Positions 61,482-64,000 of a stretch of DNA of 64,000 nucleotides are shown here, piece by piece. Origin of the DNA: a virus; IMG/VR virus record IMGVR_UViG_3300040971_000026, positions 2,306 through 66,305 of that record; one strand, 5' to 3'. The notes below the pieces were generated by a model. The model ran no database searches and was not told the DNA's origin. It saw only the letters and a list, made by a program, of their open reading frames with translations. Positions within the stretch are counted from its first letter, which is position 1. Every line of letters starts with the position of its first letter. The position numbers and the translations under genes were made by a program.

Positions 61482-62459
61482 CTAGAAATTGAATAAATCA
61501 ACATCTTCTCTGTCTTCTGAATGGATATGGAGTTGCGTATAAATCTCTGTCGTCATTACTGATTCATGACCCAATATATCTCTAACGTACTCTAAATCCT
61601 TGTTGAAATAATGACGTAACACCATACCATACGATTTTCTAAGACTATGTGGCAATGCTTTTGTCTTAATAATCCCACGTCTTAGTGCCATACCAACGAT
61701 TCCGTTACTGCTAGATGCTATTACGTTGCCATCTTCATCAACAACTGTTTTACCGTTAATCATAGTGTTAATATTTTTGACATCTTTGAGATAACTACCG
61801 TTTCTATCCATAATCACATAATCACCAATAATACCCTCTTTGTCGTAGAAATCATACAATGATTTAATCTCAGCAGCAACTCGTTCACTTAAAGGCAATA
61901 ATATTTGTCTTGGTTTATCGCCCTTTGTTTTATTTGGATTAACTGTTAATTTATCAAAATCTATAGATGATTTGAGTAGAAACTGAACCTCTATACGTCT
62001 AAGACCTAGCGTAGACATAAGCAATGTCACAACCTTCTGTCGTTGGACTAGCCATGAAGTAGCTTTTTTCTCAATTACGAATTTATTAAATGCGAAATAC
62101 TCCTCTATCGTTAATGGAATATCACCTTTGCCCAATCTAGAGTTTTGCTTCTTTGTTCCAAACTCTTGAAGGAACATATCTAATTTAATATTAGTATTTA
62201 ACTCATAGGCAACAATGTACTTAATAAACTTTCTGAATGGTGCTAATTTCTTATTATAGCTGCTAGAGTTAGAATAAGTTTCTGATAAATAGTCTGTATA
62301 ATCTTGAAGCGTTACCATTTTTAAATCAGCAAAATTAACATTACCCATAACTTCAAACGCCTTAATTAATTCGTTCCTGTATTGAATAGTAGTTGATTCT
62401 CCAAGCTCTGAACAGCTATTTGATTTTAAGAATTTTTCAATAATCTCTAAGTTTGTCAT
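61482..62459 (-). CDS. Tyrosine recombinase (XerC/D-like)
   Basis: GLRRIE, TKGDK, HSLRK, LGHESVMTTEIY; full catalytic set. Confidence 0.88.
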   Translation of the reverse strand: MTNLEIIEKFLKSNSCSELGESTTIQYRNELIKAFEVMGNVNFADLKMVTLQDYTDYLSETYSNSSSYNKKLAPFRKFIKYIVAYELNTNIKLDMFLQEFGTKKQNSRLGKGDIPLTIEEYFAFNKFVIEKKATSWLVQRQKVVTLLMSTLGLRRIEVQFLLKSSIDFDKLTVNPNKTKGDKPRQILLPLSERVAAEIKSLYDFYDKEGIIGDYVIMDRNGSYLKDVKNINTMINGKTVVDEDGNVIASSSNGIVGMALRRGIIKTKALPHSLRKSYGMVLRHYFNKDLEYVRDILGHESVMTTEIYTQLHIHSEDREDVDLFNF

Positions 62460-62496
62460 AGTAGTATCTCCTTTTCATATCGTTTAACTTAATTCT

Positions 62497-62525
62497 ATTA
62501 TACCAAAAGTAGAACCACTTGTCAA
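62497..62525 (-). promoter_or_regulatory. Sigma-A promoter
   Basis: TTGACA-17-TATAAT with TGn, followed by AGA. Confidence 0.85.
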
Positions 62526-62534
62526 CTAAATATG

Positions 62535-62903
62535 CTAATTATTATAATCTTTATTGCAACTAGAGCAGTAAGTTAGGCTTCTATTAACAAAATCACCACA
62601 ATATTCACACTCCGTTAATAAATCATGAACATTAAACCACCAAAACAACTCGCCTTTGAATTCATACATATTCTTCATAGCTTCGGATGCGTTTGCAATA
62701 AATACTTTTTCCTTATTTGATTCATACCAATTAACAAACATATCAGATAATTCTTTATCAGCAATCATTCTTTCATAATTCTTTTGGTTTAGCTTAACTC
62801 GTTTACCACCAAGGTCAATCGTTGGCGTGGTATCTAAAATCCCAGCCAGTTTTTTAAACTTCATTAGTTTCAGAAGTTGTTCCTTCGTCCTTTGTTTCTT
62901 CAT
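62535..62903 (-). CDS. Hypothetical protein with C-terminal Zn ribbon
   Basis: 122 aa; CEYC...CSSC. Confidence 0.7.
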   Translation of the reverse strand: MKKQRTKEQLLKLMKFKKLAGILDTTPTIDLGGKRVKLNQKNYERMIADKELSDMFVNWYESNKEKVFIANASEAMKNMYEFKGELFWWFNVHDLLTECEYCGDFVNRSLTYCSSCNKDYNN

Positions 62904-63090
62904 TAGAACTCTCCTTTTCTTCTGTAGCCACTATATTTGAAAGCTTTTCTATGTAATAATTACAAATAGAATCTACCATTAAATTCTCAAACCTTATTAC
63001 CATTTTGATGTCTTCTTCAAGGTATCGTTTGCACGAATCCTTTTTATAATAAGTCCGATTATTGCACGGTGCTAATTGATTAATAATCAT
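62854..63090 (-). CDS. Hypothetical protein
   Basis: 78 aa, overlaps its neighbours. Confidence 0.55.
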   Translation of the reverse strand: MIINQLAPCNNRTYYKKDSCKRYLEEDIKMVIRFENLMVDSICNYYIEKLSNIVATEEKESSNEETKDEGTTSETNEV

Positions 63091-63320
63091 ACATCAACCT
63101 CATTATGAACAACTTCTGAAGTAATGTAGGGTGGCTTAGTTAAATCTGATGGATTCATTATGCTTTTATCAGGATGCCTAATCCCTATAACTGGCAACTC
63201 CTCATAAGTTATGTGTTCTGATAAATTATTGCCGCACTCTTTACAGAATTTATCCGAATTAGATACAACTGATTTACATTTCTCACATTTGCAATTTGTA
63301 ATACTTATTACTTTAATCAT
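63087..63320 (-). CDS. Zn-ribbon protein
   Basis: CEKC...FCKECG. Confidence 0.7.
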   Translation of the reverse strand: MIKVISITNCKCEKCKSVVSNSDKFCKECGNNLSEHITYEELPVIGIRHPDKSIMNPSDLTKPPYITSEVVHNEVDV

Positions 63321-63345
63321 ATTAATCTCCTTTTCTGAATGCTTA

Positions 63346-63363
63346 ATAAAATAACTCTTTTAT
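63346..63363. repeat. 18-bp palindromic site, copy 7
   Basis: ATAAAA-TAACTC-TTTTAT-CTAG. Confidence 0.7.
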
Positions 63364-63373
63364 CTAGTTTCAA

Positions 63374-63420
63374 ACACTACATATAGTAGTTGCTATAATT
63401 TTAAACCACTATATGGGGTA
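63374..63420. promoter_or_regulatory. Candidate tandem NrdR boxes
   Basis: ACACTACATATAGTAG and ACCACTATATGGGGTA, about 31 bp apart. Confidence 0.45.
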
Positions 63421-63426
63421 TGTGTA

Positions 63427-63855
63427 TTATTCTAACAATTGAAAATCTTGTTCCAGCAACCAATTTAAACCTATCTCAGAATAATTGGCGTCGAAATGCG
63501 ATTGTTTGCGGTGCAGTAATCCGTCAATAAAGACATATGACAGTTTATCCTCAGCGTCTTTAAAAATCACTTCAAACTCTTGTCCATCTTTTATTCTATC
63601 TAATAAGAATTCCATTTTCTCAATAATAGTTATTTCTTCTTCTTCATCTAGAAATACGTTTGAATAAGAATCTACGTAATCAAGGTCGTCGTCTTCGTCA
63701 TAATCATATACAATATAAGGATAAGCTGTATCTAACTCGCTAATACATATAAATTTGAGTGGTTTATCTTTATTGCGAAGCTCTCCGTTTGGAAACGCAG
63801 TATAAACTAATGCCCCTTGTGGAGTGTCTTTTGTTGGCTTCTTATACTTTTTCAT
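63427..63855 (-). CDS. Hypothetical protein
   Basis: ATG at 63855 after AAGGAG. Confidence 0.65.
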   Translation of the reverse strand: MKKYKKPTKDTPQGALVYTAFPNGELRNKDKPLKFICISELDTAYPYIVYDYDEDDDLDYVDSYSNVFLDEEEEITIIEKMEFLLDRIKDGQEFEVIFKDAEDKLSYVFIDGLLHRKQSHFDANYSEIGLNWLLEQDFQLLE

Positions 63856-64000
63856 CTCGTTCTCCTTCCGGTAACCATTCGACTGCGCCCATAACCTTGT
63901 CATGAAGTTTTTTGGTCATTGATTTTACCTGTGAATTTGTTGCAACATGGAATCCAACCATGTTAATCGCATGTCTTATTTTTTCCAATCTACCAGACTC
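63842..64000 (-). CDS. Partial ORF (3' end) running off the window edge
   Basis: Open frame ESGRLEKIRH...RDEKV-stop. Confidence 0.5.
   Translation of the reverse strand, partial: ESGRLEKIRHAINMVGFHVATNSQVKSMTKKLHDKVMGAVEWLPEGERDEKV

Noticed and set aside
61482..62459. Prophage integrase with an attachment site
   Set aside because: Flanked on both sides by phage early genes; no host junction or att duplication is visible in the window.
1..64000. Stop-codon reassignment
   Set aside because: Coding density is high under the standard code, and TAA, TAG and TGA all end genes directly before the next RBS.

Overview
This 64-kb, AT-rich window is most of a large SPbeta-like tailed phage or prophage of an anaerobic Firmicute, probably Clostridia. 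The host is inferred from sigma-A promoters, GGAGG ribosome-binding sites, nrdDG and a copper-amine-oxidase-N domain. From left to right: (1) about 1.45 kb of non-coding DNA with ~23-bp repeats; (2) a leftward SF2-helicase-like gene and divergent consensus sigma-A promoters; (3) a GIY-YIG endonuclease and a YonO-type single-subunit RNA polymerase; (4) a rightward late region with a structured RNA candidate, tRNA(CAT), RusA-like, ClpP, PIN-PhoH, YonK/YonJ-like genes, terminase, portal, head, neck and tail genes, a tyrosine recombinase, tape measure, baseplate/fibre, an S8 protease and lysis genes; (5) a convergent leftward early/middle region for nucleotide metabolism (nucleotidase, gmk, ThyX-like, dut, nrdDG), replication (DnaE, primase-helicase, SSB) and recombination (Sak, MBL nuclease, Rad50-like, ERCC4, second tyrosine recombinase). 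The most interesting unexplained signal is seven intergenic 18-bp palindromes, WTRAAA-N6-TTTYAT with a variable 6-bp core. They sit at gene or module boundaries in a genome with two catalytically intact tyrosine recombinases. They could be pdif-like module-shuffling sites or the operator of a global regulator. All product calls come from motif recognition and synteny by eye; no database searches were run.
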